Positions 1-11,235 of a stretch of 64,000 nt of DNA are shown one piece after another; within the stretch, counting starts at the first letter, position 1, and the number at the start of each line of letters is the position of its first letter. Source of the DNA: Dermatophilaceae bacterium (lineage in GTDB: Bacteria > Actinomycetota > Actinomycetes > Actinomycetales > Dermatophilaceae). Location: the NCBI GenBank assembly GCA_040006675.1, contig JBDTWM010000002.1, positions 4,177-68,176 on the forward strand. Direction: 5' to 3'. A program made the position numbers and the translations under genes. Below the pieces are notes generated by a model. The model made no database searches. It was given only the letters and a program-made list of their open reading frames with translations, and was not told where the DNA came from.

Positions 1-716
1 AACGAGGAGTCTCCCGCGCTGATCTCCGCGAGGCCGAGGCAGGCACGCGCCTGCTCGTCCGTCCTACCAGCCTCGACAAGCATCTGCGCCACTGCGCCCG
101 GTCCGATCTTGTCCAGCTTGTCCACGATCCGCAGGACCCCAGCCACCTCTTCGGCGGGGACCCCGAGGCCCAGATAGAAGCCCTCCGGGATCTTGCGATT
201 GTTGACCTGGATGCGGAACGGCCCGACCGGCAGCTGGCCGAACGCGTCGGCGATCACCAGTGGGAGTTCCACTTCGTAGTGGAACGGCAGAGTCTCGGCG
301 TCGATCACGTCGATGTCAGCCTGAATGAACTCGCGAAACCGGCCGTCCTGAGGACGCTCGCCGCGCCACACCTTCTGGATCTGATAGCGGCGGAACGGGA
401 AGGACAGCTTGCCCGCATTCTCCAGCACGTACCGCGCGAACGGCACGGTGAGGTCGAAGTGCAGGCCCAACTCTTCCTCGGAGCTGCCGCGTTCGTGCGA
501 GCGCGCGGCCAGCCGCGACACGCCGTAGATCTCCTTGTCCGCGTCGCCGCCTTTGCCCAGGAGCCGCTCCACCGGCTCGACCGCGCGGGTCTCGATCCCG
601 ACGAAACCATGCAGCTCGAATGTCCCGCGGATCACGTCCAGGAAGTGCTGTTCGACGATGCGCTGCTCTGGCAGCCACTCGGGAAACCCCGACAACGGGG
701 TGATCTTCGCGCTCAT
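1..716 (-). CDS. hisS: Histidine--tRNA ligase (5' part; runs off the window start)
   Basis: Hand translation from ATG at 716: MSAKITPLSGFPEWLPEQ...LHFDLTVPFARYV...YQIQKVWRGERPQDGRFREFIQADIDV, matching class II aaRS/HisS motifs. Not in the ORF track because it is truncated. Confidence 0.95.
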   Translation of the reverse strand, partial: MSAKITPLSGFPEWLPEQRIVEQHFLDVIRGTFELHGFVGIETRAVEPVERLLGKGGDADKEIYGVSRLAARSHERGSSEEELGLHFDLTVPFARYVLENAGKLSFPFRRYQIQKVWRGERPQDGRFREFIQADIDVIDAETLPFHYEVELPLVIADAFGQLPVGPFRIQVNNRKIPEGFYLGLGVPAEEVAGVLRIVDKLDKIGPGAVAQMLVEAGRTDEQARACLGLAEISAGDSS

Positions 717-836
717 CGCGACTGGGTCCTCATGTCGGCTCTCACGGATGGTGTGTGTACGGGGGTAGGCCGTCCGGGCGCGGATCTGGGCGTGGGATGG
801 GGACAGAGCCCGGACCGCCTGCGCGTGGCGGGCGGC

Positions 837-1532
837 TCAGAGGTTGTGCAGGAACGGGTTGGTCATCCGCTCCCGGCCGATGGTGGTGGCCGGACCGTGA
901 CCGGGCAGGACCAGCGTGTCGTCGTGCTCCGACAAAACGACGTCGCGCAGAGTCTCGAGCATCTCGTCCTCGGATCCACCCGGCAGATCGGTGCGACCGA
1001 TGCCCCCGGCGAACAGGACGTCGCCCGCGATCAGCGTCCGGATCAGGCCCGAGTCACCCGGCAGCGAGTCGGGCTGGCCTTCCAGGCGGAACATGACCGA
1101 GCCCTCGGTGTGCCCCGGCGCATGCTCGACGCGCATCGTCAGCCCGGCCATGTCGAGGTCGACTCCCCCGTCGAAGGTGACGACGTCGTCGGGATCGCGC
1201 CAGGTCACGTCCCCGTACTCCATCCGCAACATCGACAAGATGGCCGGATCGACGGCGGCGAGCGCGTCGCGCAACCGGTAGGCGTCTGCGCCGTGGATGT
1301 GCGCCGCGATGCCGTGAGCGCCGCAGACGGGCGTGACGGAGTACGTGTGGTCGATGTGGCCATGGGTGAGCAGCACCGCGTTCGGTCGGAGCCGGAACTG
1401 CTTCAGCGCGTCGCGCAACCGGTCCACGACCCCGACTCCGGGGTCGACGATCACGCACTCCTCACCCTCCGCAGGGGCCAGCACGTAGCAGTTGGTGCCG
1501 AAGGCTGCCGCCGGGAAACCGATCGTGAACAC
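837..1532 (-). CDS. MBL-fold metallo-hydrolase (glyoxalase II-like)
   Basis: THGHIDH motif, HAPGHTEGS, GDVLF, LPGHG; usual neighbour of hisS in actinobacteria. Confidence 0.9.
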   Translation of the reverse strand: MFTIGFPAAAFGTNCYVLAPAEGEECVIVDPGVGVVDRLRDALKQFRLRPNAVLLTHGHIDHTYSVTPVCGAHGIAAHIHGADAYRLRDALAAVDPAILSMLRMEYGDVTWRDPDDVVTFDGGVDLDMAGLTMRVEHAPGHTEGSVMFRLEGQPDSLPGDSGLIRTLIAGDVLFAGGIGRTDLPGGSEDEMLETLRDVVLSEHDDTLVLPGHGPATTIGRERMTNPFLHNL

Positions 1533-1820
1533 GCGGCCAGCCTAACCGGGGTCGCCGTCCCTCCGAGTCAGGGGCGACGTCGCGCAGGTAGGGAGTGCGT
1601 GCTTCGGCGCGGGCGAGGATCTTGGCGCGCGATCCCCGGCACGCGAGACGACTCTCGCCTGGTGGAAGTCCCAGCAGCTATGGTGTCATCCACGTCACAA
1701 GTTCGCCGCGGCCGGACGGTAAGGATCGCTGCGCGACTGTCGACGGGATATTTTCCGTTCTGTTCTGTCTTCGAGCTGGCGACGCGCCCGTGCTGCCGGT
1801 GTCTTTCAGAAGGGCCAGCT

Positions 1821-3326
1821 GTGTCGGACCCCACCTCGACCGATTCCACTCCCGACGAGTCGGCGGACCAAGCGGCAGCCGAGGCGCCCGAAGCCCAGCC
1901 CCCTGAAACTGAGGCCGCTGCAACCGAAGCCCCCGAAGCCCAGCCCCCTGAAACTGAGGCCGCTCCGACCGCTCCCCCCGTCGTATCGCCGGCGGTCCTC
2001 GCTCGGGCCGCCTCGGGAGTGCCGACTCCGGCAACGCTCGCAGGTCGCGTGCAGCCCGTGGTCCCGAGCGGGCTGCGCTCCAGCGAGTTCGGGCGGGTCG
2101 CCGACGACGGCACGGTCTTTGTCAAGACGCCGGAGGGCGAGCGGGAGGTAGGTTCCTACCCGGGCGCGACCCCGGAAGAGGCGCTCGCATACTTCACCCG
2201 CAAGTTCGACGAGACGAACGCGCAGGCGGACCTGTTGTTGCAGCGTGTCACTCAGACCGATCTGTCCGCCAAGGAGGCCGGGGACGCCCTGACCAAGCTC
2301 CGGGCCACCATGACCGACCTGCGGGCCGTGGGAGACCTCGTCGCCCTCGGCAACAAGGTGGAGAACATCGCCACCGCGGTGGAGGCACGCCGCCAGGTGG
2401 AGGCCGCCGACCGTGCGGCCGCCCGCGAGGCGGCTACGGCGCGCCGACTGGCGATCGTCGTGGCGGCCGAGAAGATCGCGGCTCAGCCGGAGGAACGTAT
2501 CCAGTGGAAGTCGAGCAGCTCCGCGATGCGTGAGCTCCTCGAGGACTGGAAAACCGCACAACGCGAGGGGCCGAAACTCGACCGTGAGACAGAGCAGTCC
2601 CTCTGGCGCCGCCTGTCAGGGGCCCGCAACAGCTTCGACAAGCTCCGCCGCGTCCACTTCGCCCAGCTCACCAGCACCCAGGGAGCGGCGAAGTCCGCCA
2701 AAGAGGATCTGGTCGAAGAAGCCGAGCGCCTCGCAGGCAGCACCGAATGGGGAACGACCGCTGGGGCGTTCAAACGGTTGATGGACCGCTGGCGTCAGGC
2801 AGGTCGCGCCTCACGCGGCGACGACGACGCGCTATGGGTGCGGTTCAAGACCGCTCAGGACGGCTTTTTCGCCGCGAAGGACAGCGTGGTCGCTGCAGAG
2901 AACGAGGAGTACTCCGGGAACCTCGCCGTGAAGGAGGAGCTCCTCACCCAGGCTCAGGCGCTGTTGCCCGTCAAGGATCTCGACGCGGCGAAAAGCGCCT
3001 TGCGAGCGATCCAGGACAAGTGGGATGTTGCCGGCAAGGTGCCGCGCACCGACATGGAGCGCATCGAACGAGCGATGCGTCGCGTCGAATCGACCATCCG
3101 CGAGGCGGAGGATCGCAAGTGGCAACGCTCTAACCCGGAGGTGGCGGCCCGCGCGCAGAGTCTGGTCACACAGCTCGAGGCTGCCTGCGAAGCGTTGCGT
3201 GCGGACCTGGCGAAGGCCGAGGCGGGCTCGGACTCCCGCGCGGTCGCGAAGGCCCGCGACGCGCTGACGGCGCGCGAGGCGTGGCTGGACCAGGCGCGCA
3301 CAGGGCTCGCCGAGTTCGGCGGCTGA
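1821..3326 (+). CDS. DUF349 domain-containing protein
   Basis: Likely GTG start at 1821 within ORF 279..3326; FGRVADDGTVFV and repeated helical W-x-x-x-G units; usual position between the MBL gene and rel. Confidence 0.85.
   Translation: MSDPTSTDSTPDESADQAAAEAPEAQPPETEAAATEAPEAQPPETEAAPTAPPVVSPAVLARAASGVPTPATLAGRVQPVVPSGLRSSEFGRVADDGTVFVKTPEGEREVGSYPGATPEEALAYFTRKFDETNAQADLLLQRVTQTDLSAKEAGDALTKLRATMTDLRAVGDLVALGNKVENIATAVEARRQVEAADRAAAREAATARRLAIVVAAEKIAAQPEERIQWKSSSSAMRELLEDWKTAQREGPKLDRETEQSLWRRLSGARNSFDKLRRVHFAQLTSTQGAAKSAKEDLVEEAERLAGSTEWGTTAGAFKRLMDRWRQAGRASRGDDDALWVRFKTAQDGFFAAKDSVVAAENEEYSGNLAVKEELLTQAQALLPVKDLDAAKSALRAIQDKWDVAGKVPRTDMERIERAMRRVESTIREAEDRKWQRSNPEVAARAQSLVTQLEAACEALRADLAKAEAGSDSRAVAKARDALTAREAWLDQARTGLAEFGG
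1887..1964 (+). repeat. 33-bp direct repeat, 45-bp period (PEAQPPETEAA x2), in the DUF349 N-terminus
   Basis: cccgaagcccagccccctgaaactgaggccgct at 1887-1919 and 1932-1964. Confidence 0.85.
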
Positions 3327-5849
3327 TCAGACGTCGCGAGGGGCGCCCTTGCCGTCGTTGACGCGGTAGACGTCGAAGACCCCGCTGACTTGCTTGATGG
3401 CGTTGATCACGTGGTCGAGGTGACTCCGCTCGCCCATCTCGAAATGGAACTTGAGGCGCGCCACCCGGTCCTGCAGTGTCTGTACCTCCGCCGAGCGGAT
3501 ATTGACGTGATGGTCCGCGAGGACACTGGTGACATCGGACAGGAGCCGGGGCCGATCGAGCGCCTCGGCCTGAATCGCGACAAGGAAGACGCTGGAGGCC
3601 GACGGCGACCACTCGACGTCGATGAGCCGCTCGGGCTGCTCCAGCAGCCGCTCCGCGTTGGGACAGTCTTTGCGGTGGACCGACACGCCCTGTCCGCGCG
3701 TGACGAACCCAAGGATGAGATCGCCGGGCACCGGGGTGCAGCACCGCGCCAGCTTGACCCATACGTCGGAGGCGCCGACGACGACGACGCCGGGATCGGT
3801 GGGGCGCTTCGAGCCGCGCCCAGCGCCGGGGATGGTGCCCTCGGCGAGGTCATCGCTCGCGCCCTCCTCCCCCCCGTGGGTCACGATGACCTTCTCCACG
3901 ATGCTCTGCGCGGAGATGTGGCCCTCCCCCACCGCCGCATAGAGCGCATCGATGTCCGCGTACCGCAGCTGAGCGGCAAGAGCCTTGAGAGTGTCGGCCG
4001 TCATCAGGCGCTGCACCGGTCGCTGCTGCTTGCGCATCGTCGTGGCGATCGCGTCCTTGCCGGTCTCGATGGACTCCTCGCGGCGCTCCTTGGAGAACCA
4101 CTGTCGGATCTTGTTGCGCGCCCGCGGGCTCTTGACGAAGTTGAGCCAGTCGCGGGACGGGCCGGCACCTTCGGCCTTGCTCGTGAGGATCTCGACGATG
4201 TCGCCGTTGTCCAGTGGGCTCTCCAACGGGGCGAGCCGACCGTTGACGCGGGCGCCCATGCAATGGTGGCCCACCTCGGTGTGCACGGCGTACGCGAAGT
4301 CCACCGGCGTCGACCCGGCGGTCAGCCCGATGACGCTGCCCTTGGGCGTGAACGCGTACACCTCGCGGGTGTTGATCTCGAACCGCAACGCCTCGAGGAA
4401 CTCCCCGGGGTCTGAAGTGTCCCGCTGCCAGTCCAAGACCTGGCGCACCCACCGCAGATCGGTATGGCCGTCGTCGGCGCCATCCTTGTACTTCCAGTGC
4501 GCCGCGATCCCGTATTCCGCTCGCTGGTGCATCTCGTGCGTGCGGATCTGGATCTCCACCGGTTTCCCGCCAGGGCCCACGACCGTCGTGTGCAACGACT
4601 GGTACATGTTGAACTTGGGCATCGCGATGTAGTCCTTGAAGCGCCCCGGCATGGGCTTCCATCGGGTGTGCATCGACCCGAGCACCGCGTAGCAGTCACG
4701 TACCGTGTCCACGAGCACCCGCGCCGCGACGAGGTCGTAGATCTCCTCGAAGTCGCGCCCCCGGACGATCATCTTCTGGTACACGGAGTAGTAGTGCTTG
4801 GGCCGTCCGGTCACGACACCGGTGATGCGAGCCTCGCGCAGCGCGTCGGAGACCTCCTCCTTGACCAGCATCAGATATTCGTCGCGCGCCGGCGCCCGCT
4901 CGGCGACCATCCGTACGATCTCCTCGTGCACCCGCGGGTAGATCGCGGCGAAAGCCAGGTCCTCCAGCTCCCACTTGATCGTGTTCATGCCGAGCCGGTG
5001 CGCGAGCGGGGCGTAGATCTCCAGCGTCTCCTTGGCGTGGCGCTCAGCCTTGCCCTCTGACAGGTACTTGTACGTCCTCGCGTTGTGCAGCCGGTCCGCG
5101 AGCTTGATCAGCAGGACCCGGATGTCCTTGGCCATCGCGACGACCATCTTGCGGACGGTCTCGGCCTGCGCCGCTTCGCCGTACTCGACCTTGTCGAGCT
5201 TCGTCACGCCGTCGACCATCATTGCGATCTCATCGCCGAAGTCGGCGGTGAGTTCTTTGAGGGAGTACGGGGTGTCCTCGACAGTGTCGTGCAGCAGGGC
5301 GGCTGCGAGGGTCGGCGGCGTCATGCCGAGCTCCGCCAAAATGAGCGCGACCGCCAGCGGGTGCGTGATGTACGGGTCCCCGCTTTTGCGCAGCTGACCC
5401 GCGTGGGCGCGCTCGGCCACCTGATACGCCTTCTCGATCAGCGCCACGTCGGCCTTGGGGTGGGTCTGCTTGACCACACGCAGGATCGGCTCGAGGGCCG
5501 GATGGCCTTGGTGGCGCGGGCCGCCGAACCGGGCGAGGCGGGCCCGCACACGCGACGGGCTCGCGGTGGTCCACATGCTGCCCACCGTGAGCGGGGGCGT
5601 CGTCGCCGGGGCGGCAGGTGCTGACCGGGCGGGTGCGCCGGCGGTGACGGGTTGGGCGGCCCGGGCAGGCGAGGCAGAGCGGACTGCTGGGGTTGCGGTC
5701 GCTGCCAAAGAGGTCGAGGAGGCCTCGGATGTCGCGATCGCCGGGCCGTCATCGGCGGGTGCGACCGCCGCCTCGCTCGGCTCCGGGCCATCATCCCGCG
5801 CGACATCGGCGGAGGCGGGCGCCTCGGCGGGGACGTCGCGCGGATTCAT
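3327..5849 (-). CDS. relA: Bifunctional (p)ppGpp synthetase/hydrolase Rel
   Basis: HD domain ([14 protein letters not shown]), synthetase ([16 protein letters not shown]), TGS and ACT domains. ATG at 5849 chosen; the ORF extends to 5876. Confidence 0.95.
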   Translation of the reverse strand: MNPRDVPAEAPASADVARDDGPEPSEAAVAPADDGPAIATSEASSTSLAATATPAVRSASPARAAQPVTAGAPARSAPAAPATTPPLTVGSMWTTASPSRVRARLARFGGPRHQGHPALEPILRVVKQTHPKADVALIEKAYQVAERAHAGQLRKSGDPYITHPLAVALILAELGMTPPTLAAALLHDTVEDTPYSLKELTADFGDEIAMMVDGVTKLDKVEYGEAAQAETVRKMVVAMAKDIRVLLIKLADRLHNARTYKYLSEGKAERHAKETLEIYAPLAHRLGMNTIKWELEDLAFAAIYPRVHEEIVRMVAERAPARDEYLMLVKEEVSDALREARITGVVTGRPKHYYSVYQKMIVRGRDFEEIYDLVAARVLVDTVRDCYAVLGSMHTRWKPMPGRFKDYIAMPKFNMYQSLHTTVVGPGGKPVEIQIRTHEMHQRAEYGIAAHWKYKDGADDGHTDLRWVRQVLDWQRDTSDPGEFLEALRFEINTREVYAFTPKGSVIGLTAGSTPVDFAYAVHTEVGHHCMGARVNGRLAPLESPLDNGDIVEILTSKAEGAGPSRDWLNFVKSPRARNKIRQWFSKERREESIETGKDAIATTMRKQQRPVQRLMTADTLKALAAQLRYADIDALYAAVGEGHISAQSIVEKVIVTHGGEEGASDDLAEGTIPGAGRGSKRPTDPGVVVVGASDVWVKLARCCTPVPGDLILGFVTRGQGVSVHRKDCPNAERLLEQPERLIDVEWSPSASSVFLVAIQAEALDRPRLLSDVTSVLADHHVNIRSAEVQTLQDRVARLKFHFEMGERSHLDHVINAIKQVSGVFDVYRVNDGKGAPRDV

Positions 5850-5918
5850 GGACCGATCATAGTTGCACTGGGTCACGGCCTGGCCATGGCCCGGTGGGTG
5901 GCGACGCGGCGCGGCGCG

Positions 5919-7136
5919 TCAGCGTTTGGCCTTGGGCAGACGGCGCGGTTGGTTCCGCGGACCCGTCTGAATCGACGGATGTATCGGGCGCCCCGTCAGG
6001 GTCCGCTCCCCCGCGTCGCCTTCGGGGGCGGGGGCGTCGTCGCCGGAACCCTGCCCCGTGGCCGGGACCCGCGCGCCAGCGGACCCGGGCTCACCCGTCC
6101 CGGGCTCCGCGTCCCCGCGCTCGATCGGGGTGGGCGCCTCCCGCTGGGCGCGGCTGGCGGCCTTCGCGTCGCGTTGAGCGACGCGCGCTGCGAGCTTGCG
6201 CATCTCCGGCTCGCGCTCGCGCAGGTGCGCCAGCAGCGGGGTGGCGATGAAGATCGAGGAATAGGCGCCGACGGCGATGCCCACGAACAACGCGAGCGAC
6301 AGGTCGAGCAGCGTTCCCGGGCCGATGAACACGAGTCCGACGACGAGGATGGCCCCGACCGGCAGCAGCGCCACGACGGTCGTGTTGATGGAACGCACGA
6401 GGGTCTGGTTGACGGCGAGGTTCGCCGCGTCCGAGTAGGTGCTGCGGCCACTCGCGAGCGCCTCGGTGGTGTTCTCGCGAACCTTGTCGAACACGACGAC
6501 GGTGTCGTAGAGCGAGTACCCGAGGATCGTCAGGAAGCCGATCATCGTCGCCGGGCTCACCTCGAACCCGGCGAGGGCGTAGATGCCGACCGTGATGAAG
6601 ATGTCGTGCAGCAACGCGACGATCGCTGACAGCGACATCTTCCAGGTGCGGAAGTAGACCGCCAACACGATCGAGACCAGCACCAGGAACCAGGCGAGGG
6701 CCTGCAGAGCCTGCTTGCTGACCGAAGCTCCCCACGACGGGCCGATGACGCTGCTCGTCACGGACGTGGCCGGAACGCCGAACTCCTTGGAGAGCGCAGC
6801 CGAGACGGCGCTCACTTTATCCGCGTCGAAGCGCTCGGTCTCGACGCGCACATCCGTACCGGCGACTTGCGTGACCCGAGCGCCCTCGACCCCGCCCGCA
6901 GACGCCACGACGGTTCGCGCGCGTTGCTCGAAGTTGTCCAAGGAGGCGACATTGGCGACGCGGAAGTCGGAGCCACCCGTGAACTCGATCCCCAGGTTGA
7001 GGCCGCGCAGCCCGAGACCGGCCAACGCGAGAAGGAAGAGGACGAGGGAGGCGACGTACCAGGTTTTGTAGCGGCCGACGAAGTCGGTCGAGCGCTTCCC
7101 CGTATAGAGGTCATTGCCGAGCTGGGCGAAGTTCAC
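5919..7136 (-). CDS. secF: Protein translocase subunit SecF
   Basis: NLGIEFTGG, GYSLYDTVVVFDKVREN, QTLVRSINT; GTG at 7136 overlaps the secD stop. Confidence 0.95.
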   Translation of the reverse strand: MNFAQLGNDLYTGKRSTDFVGRYKTWYVASLVLFLLALAGLGLRGLNLGIEFTGGSDFRVANVASLDNFEQRARTVVASAGGVEGARVTQVAGTDVRVETERFDADKVSAVSAALSKEFGVPATSVTSSVIGPSWGASVSKQALQALAWFLVLVSIVLAVYFRTWKMSLSAIVALLHDIFITVGIYALAGFEVSPATMIGFLTILGYSLYDTVVVFDKVRENTTEALASGRSTYSDAANLAVNQTLVRSINTTVVALLPVGAILVVGLVFIGPGTLLDLSLALFVGIAVGAYSSIFIATPLLAHLREREPEMRKLAARVAQRDAKAASRAQREAPTPIERGDAEPGTGEPGSAGARVPATGQGSGDDAPAPEGDAGERTLTGRPIHPSIQTGPRNQPRRLPKAKR

Positions 7137-9091
7137 GCCTGGCCTCCTTCGATGGCCGCGCGAGGGGCGGTCGGGCGCGTCGCGGCGCGTGTGGCGGGCG
7201 ACGAGGCGGTACGAGTGGCGGTGGGGATGACGTCGAAGCGACCCCGGCCCCGGTAGCGGGGCTTGGCCCCGAGTCGTTCCGGCGACAGGCCGGACCACGG
7301 GTGGCCGCCACCGAAGAACCGTGTGGTCGCGAGCAGCTTGAGCAGTGGGTGGGTGAAGAGGAATGTCACGACCACGTCGAGGATCGTCGTCCACATCAGC
7401 ATGAACGCGAAGCCGCGCACATTGCTCGCCGCGAGCACGTAAAGGACGGCGGCGGCGAGGAAGTTGACACCGTCCGAGACCAGGATGGTGCGCTTCGCTC
7501 GGGCCCAGCCGGTCTCCACCGCGGCCAGGAGCGCGCGGCCCTCGCGGATCTCGTCACGGACCCGCTCGAAGTAGATGATGAACGAGTCCGCTGTCGTGCC
7601 GATGGCCACGATCGCGCCGGTCACGCCGGCCATCGTGAGCCGCAGGTTCTGGCTCCACCCGAAGAGCGTGATCGTCAGGTACGTCAGGACCGCCACGATC
7701 AGGATGGAGGCGACGGTGACCAAGCCGAGAGCGCGGTACTGGAAGAGCGAATAGACCACGACGAGGAGCAGTCCGATGAGGCCCGCGATGATGCCCTTGC
7801 TGAGTTGCTCGCTCCCGATGGTCGGGCTGATCGACTGCAGCTCCTGCGCTTCGAAGCTCAGGGGCAGCGACCCGAACTTCAGCTGGTCTGCGAGCAGCTT
7901 GGCGCTCTCCGCGGTGAAGCTCCCGGAGATCTCGGCCCGCCCGTCGACGATCTCGCTCCTGAAGAACGGGGCGGAGATCACCTGGTTGTCCAGCACGACG
8001 GCGAGCTGGTTGCGCGGAGTCTGCAAGGGCACCATCGCCTTGCTCACGGCAGCGTAGATCTCGGTGGGCAGACCGCCGTTCATCTTGAGGTTGACGACCC
8101 ACTGCCCGGTCGGTCCGGTCTGGCCCTGCCCCATGCCGCTGCTGGCGTCCGCGAGGCTGTCCCCCGTCAGGACGGCGGGGCCGAGGACATATTTGGCGAG
8201 GACCTGGCCGCCCGCCTCCGGATCGGGGGTGCCGCAGACGACGATCGGTTTGGTGAGGTCTTCCGCCGTGGGGTCGAACGTCTTGTCGGGGCAGGTCAGC
8301 GAGGTCGCCTGCGCCTCCAGCCCGGGCTCGGTCAGCCAGCCGGTGCTCAGGGTGTACTCGACGAGCTTCGCGGGGTCGTCGCGCAGACCGTCGTACCAGG
8401 TGGGGATGCCCTGACCCTGCGGGACCGCCGGCGCGGTGGTGAACGGGTTGCCGCCCACGGTGTTGGGCGCCGGGGCAGGGCTGCTGGCCGCGGGAGTGGA
8501 GGTGCCTGGCGTGGGCGCCGGCGTCGTCTCAGCGGGCAGGCGCAGCGCCTCCGGGACGGGCGCTTTCGCGGCGCTCGAGCTGGCTGCAGGGGTGGCGCCG
8601 CCCGCGCCGGTCGTCGCGTCGGGCAGTGTCTCCGGGGCGCTCGGGCCACCGGGTAACGACTCGGGACCGTTCTGCTGTGGTTGCTGCTGCCCGGCCGGGG
8701 TGGGTAGCACCCCGAGCACCGGCCTGAACCGCATCTGTGAGGACTGTTCCAGCGCCCGCTGCTGTTCTTGGGTGATCTGTCCGGGCACGGTCACGACGAT
8801 GTTGCTGCCGAGCGTGCCGACCTCGGCCTCGGCGACGCCCTGCCCGTCCACACGCCTGCGGATGATGTCGACGGCGCGGTCGAGCTGTGCGGCGTTGACG
8901 TCCTCACCCTGGCGGACCTGCGGCTTCAGCGTCATCTGGGTGCCGCCCTCCAGGTCGAGGCCCAGCTTCGGGGTGAGCTGAGCTTCGCCCCAGGTGTGCA
9001 CTGCGCCCAGGAATCCCGTGAGCCCCAGCGTGATGACCAGCATCACGAGCAGGGTGCGGATCGGCCCGCGCCGGTGGGGGTTCTTCGCCAT
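7133..9091 (-). CDS. secD: Protein translocase subunit SecD
   Basis: KLGLDLEGG, DSFIIYFERVRDE; Pro/Ala-rich periplasmic insert. Confidence 0.95.
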   Translation of the reverse strand: MAKNPHRRGPIRTLLVMLVITLGLTGFLGAVHTWGEAQLTPKLGLDLEGGTQMTLKPQVRQGEDVNAAQLDRAVDIIRRRVDGQGVAEAEVGTLGSNIVVTVPGQITQEQQRALEQSSQMRFRPVLGVLPTPAGQQQPQQNGPESLPGGPSAPETLPDATTGAGGATPAASSSAAKAPVPEALRLPAETTPAPTPGTSTPAASSPAPAPNTVGGNPFTTAPAVPQGQGIPTWYDGLRDDPAKLVEYTLSTGWLTEPGLEAQATSLTCPDKTFDPTAEDLTKPIVVCGTPDPEAGGQVLAKYVLGPAVLTGDSLADASSGMGQGQTGPTGQWVVNLKMNGGLPTEIYAAVSKAMVPLQTPRNQLAVVLDNQVISAPFFRSEIVDGRAEISGSFTAESAKLLADQLKFGSLPLSFEAQELQSISPTIGSEQLSKGIIAGLIGLLLVVVYSLFQYRALGLVTVASILIVAVLTYLTITLFGWSQNLRLTMAGVTGAIVAIGTTADSFIIYFERVRDEIREGRALLAAVETGWARAKRTILVSDGVNFLAAAVLYVLAASNVRGFAFMLMWTTILDVVVTFLFTHPLLKLLATTRFFGGGHPWSGLSPERLGAKPRYRGRGRFDVIPTATRTASSPATRAATRPTAPRAAIEGGQA

Positions 9092-9445
9092 GACCGTCCT
9101 CGTGATCGCTGTCCTGGTGCCGCGTCGGTGCGTCCCGCGCGGTGTCCGGCGCCGGCCGACCCCGTACGGGTGTGAGCTGCGCCCATCCCATACCTGGTGC
9201 TATCGGGCACCATCCCTCTGGGCACCGCGGTGGTCCCCCGTGCGCCCCACCGCAGACGCGCCGCCGTCCACCCTGCCGACGCGCGGCCCGGGACGACCTG
9301 TGGTCGACGGTGCGCCCTTTCGTCGCCCGCGGCACCTCCGCGAGTCTAGGTGACGGGCTGTTCCGGGTGCCAACACGGCTCGCGTAGCACCGAACTCGTG
9401 TCGCGCGTGGACGACCGAGAAGCTCGGAGCCCAGCCGCGCGACGA

Positions 9446-10630
9446 TCAAGCCCCGGGGACGTTAAATCGACCGATGGGCTCGTCCCACGGCAGCGCGTCC
9501 TGAGCGGCAGCGCCGGGTGGCGGCGTCAGGTCCAGGTGTCGCCACGCGGACGCCGCCGCCGCGCGGCCGCGCGGGGTGCGGATCAAGAACCCCTCGCGCA
9601 CGAGATAGGGCTCGACGACTGTCTCGACCGTGTCAGGCTCCTCCCCCACCGCCACGGCCAGGGTCGCCAGCCCGACCGGACCGCCCCCGAACCGACGGCA
9701 CAACGCGTCGAGCACGGCCCGGTCGAGGCGGTCCAGACCGCGCGCGTCGACATCGAACAGGACCAGCGCGGCCAAGGATGCGCCCTCGTCGACCACGTGC
9801 TCTCCACGGACCTGGGCCCAGTCGCGCACGCGGCGCAGGAGCCGGTTGGCGACCCGGGGGGTGCCGCGGGAGCGTCGCGCGATCTCGGCGATGCCCGCGG
9901 CGTCGGCCTCGACGCCGAGCAGCCGTGCTGAGCGGCGCAGGATCGTCGCCAGCTCACCTGGGTCGTAGAAGTCCAGGTGGGCCGTGAAGCCGAACCGATC
10001 GCGCAGGGGCGCGGGCAGCAGGCCGGTGCGGGTTGTGGCACCGACCACGGTGAACGGCGCCAACTCCAGCGGGATCGCCGTAGCGCCCGGCCCCTTGCCG
10101 ACGACGATGTCGACCCGGAAGTCCTCCATCGCCAGGTAGAGCATCTCCTCCGCCGGGCGCGCCATCCGGTGGATCTCGTCGAGGAAGAGGACCTCGCCCT
10201 CGGTGAGCGAGGACAGGATCGACGCGAGGTCGCCGGCGTGCTGGATGGCGGGGCCGCTGGTCACCCGGATGGGGGCATCGAGTTCGGCCGCGACGATCAT
10301 CGCGAGCGTCGTCTTGCCGAGGCCGGGCGGCCCGGACAGCAGTACGTGATCGGGCGGGGTGCCGCGGCGCCGGGCCGCCTCCAGGACGAGCCCGAGCTGA
10401 TCACACACCCGGGTCTGTCCGGGGAACTCGGCGAGCCGCCTCGGTCGCAGCGCGGCCTCGACGCGGCGCTCATCGTCTTGGGCGTCCAGCCCTGCGTCGA
10501 CGACGCGGGCCGTCGCGTCGTATGACCCGTCGGACGACTCGTCGGACGACAACGGTTCGCCGCGCGCGTACGGGTCGTCGGGCACGTACGGCATGGGCTC
10601 GCCGGCGTCGCCGTCGCCGCAGTCGCTCAC
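9446..10630 (-). CDS. ruvB: Holliday junction branch migration helicase RuvB
   Basis: GPPGLGKT Walker [26 protein letters not shown]. Confidence 0.97.
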   Translation of the reverse strand: MSDCGDGDAGEPMPYVPDDPYARGEPLSSDESSDGSYDATARVVDAGLDAQDDERRVEAALRPRRLAEFPGQTRVCDQLGLVLEAARRRGTPPDHVLLSGPPGLGKTTLAMIVAAELDAPIRVTSGPAIQHAGDLASILSSLTEGEVLFLDEIHRMARPAEEMLYLAMEDFRVDIVVGKGPGATAIPLELAPFTVVGATTRTGLLPAPLRDRFGFTAHLDFYDPGELATILRRSARLLGVEADAAGIAEIARRSRGTPRVANRLLRRVRDWAQVRGEHVVDEGASLAALVLFDVDARGLDRLDRAVLDALCRRFGGGPVGLATLAVAVGEEPDTVETVVEPYLVREGFLIRTPRGRAAAASAWRHLDLTPPPGAAAQDALPWDEPIGRFNVPGA

Positions 10631-11235
10631 CGTCCGAGCTCCCGCAGGGCAGCCCGCAAGGCGTCACCGACGAGCGGCGAGCCGCCGAGCCTCTCCTCGA
10701 CGGTGTCCAGCGCACCGTCCGCCTGCTTGGCCGTCCAGCCCAGACCGAGCAACGCCTCGTGAACCTGCTCGCGCCACGCGGCACCTCCCCCCCGGGCCGA
10801 AGCGCCCGCGGGGCCTGACCCCCCCGCGCCTGCTGCGTGCCCGACCTTGTCACGCAACTCCAACACGAGACGTTCGGCGCTCTTCTTGCCGATGCCCGGC
10901 ACCTTGGTCAGGGCGAGCACGTCGCCGGAGCCGAGCGCCAGACGCAACGCGTCGGGTGGGTGCACCGCCAGCATCGCCAGCGCAAGCCGCGGCCCGACCC
11001 CCGACACGGTCTGGACGGTGTCAAAGAGCTCGCGCTCCTCGGCGTCGGCGAAGCCGTACAGCGTCAGCGAGTCCTCACGCACGACGAGCGAGGTGGCGAG
11101 CAGCACCTGTTGACCGACATGGAGGGCGGCTGCCGTGCCGATGGTGGTCCGCAGGAGCAAACCCACGCCGCCGACCTCCACCACGACGTGGTCCAGGGCG
11201 GCGCGCACCACCTCGCCCCGTAGGGACGCGATCAT
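10627..11235 (-). CDS. ruvA: Holliday junction branch migration protein RuvA
   Basis: MIASLRG start at 11235, [35 protein letters not shown]. Confidence 0.96.
   Translation of the reverse strand: MIASLRGEVVRAALDHVVVEVGGVGLLLRTTIGTAAALHVGQQVLLATSLVVREDSLTLYGFADAEERELFDTVQTVSGVGPRLALAMLAVHPPDALRLALGSGDVLALTKVPGIGKKSAERLVLELRDKVGHAAGAGGSGPAGASARGGGAAWREQVHEALLGLGWTAKQADGALDTVEERLGGSPLVGDALRAALRELGR

Noticed and set aside
279-1820. Upstream extension making a 1015-aa ORF
   Set aside because: It is the antisense shadow of hisS and the MBL gene, a typical high-GC artefact. Protein-like sequence only begins at GTG 1821.
9180-9215. IAPG peptide resembling the YajC C-terminal motif in ORF 8904..9449
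   Set aside because: The codons (ATA GCA CCA GGT) are atypical for this genome and there is no TM helix, so it is likely chance.
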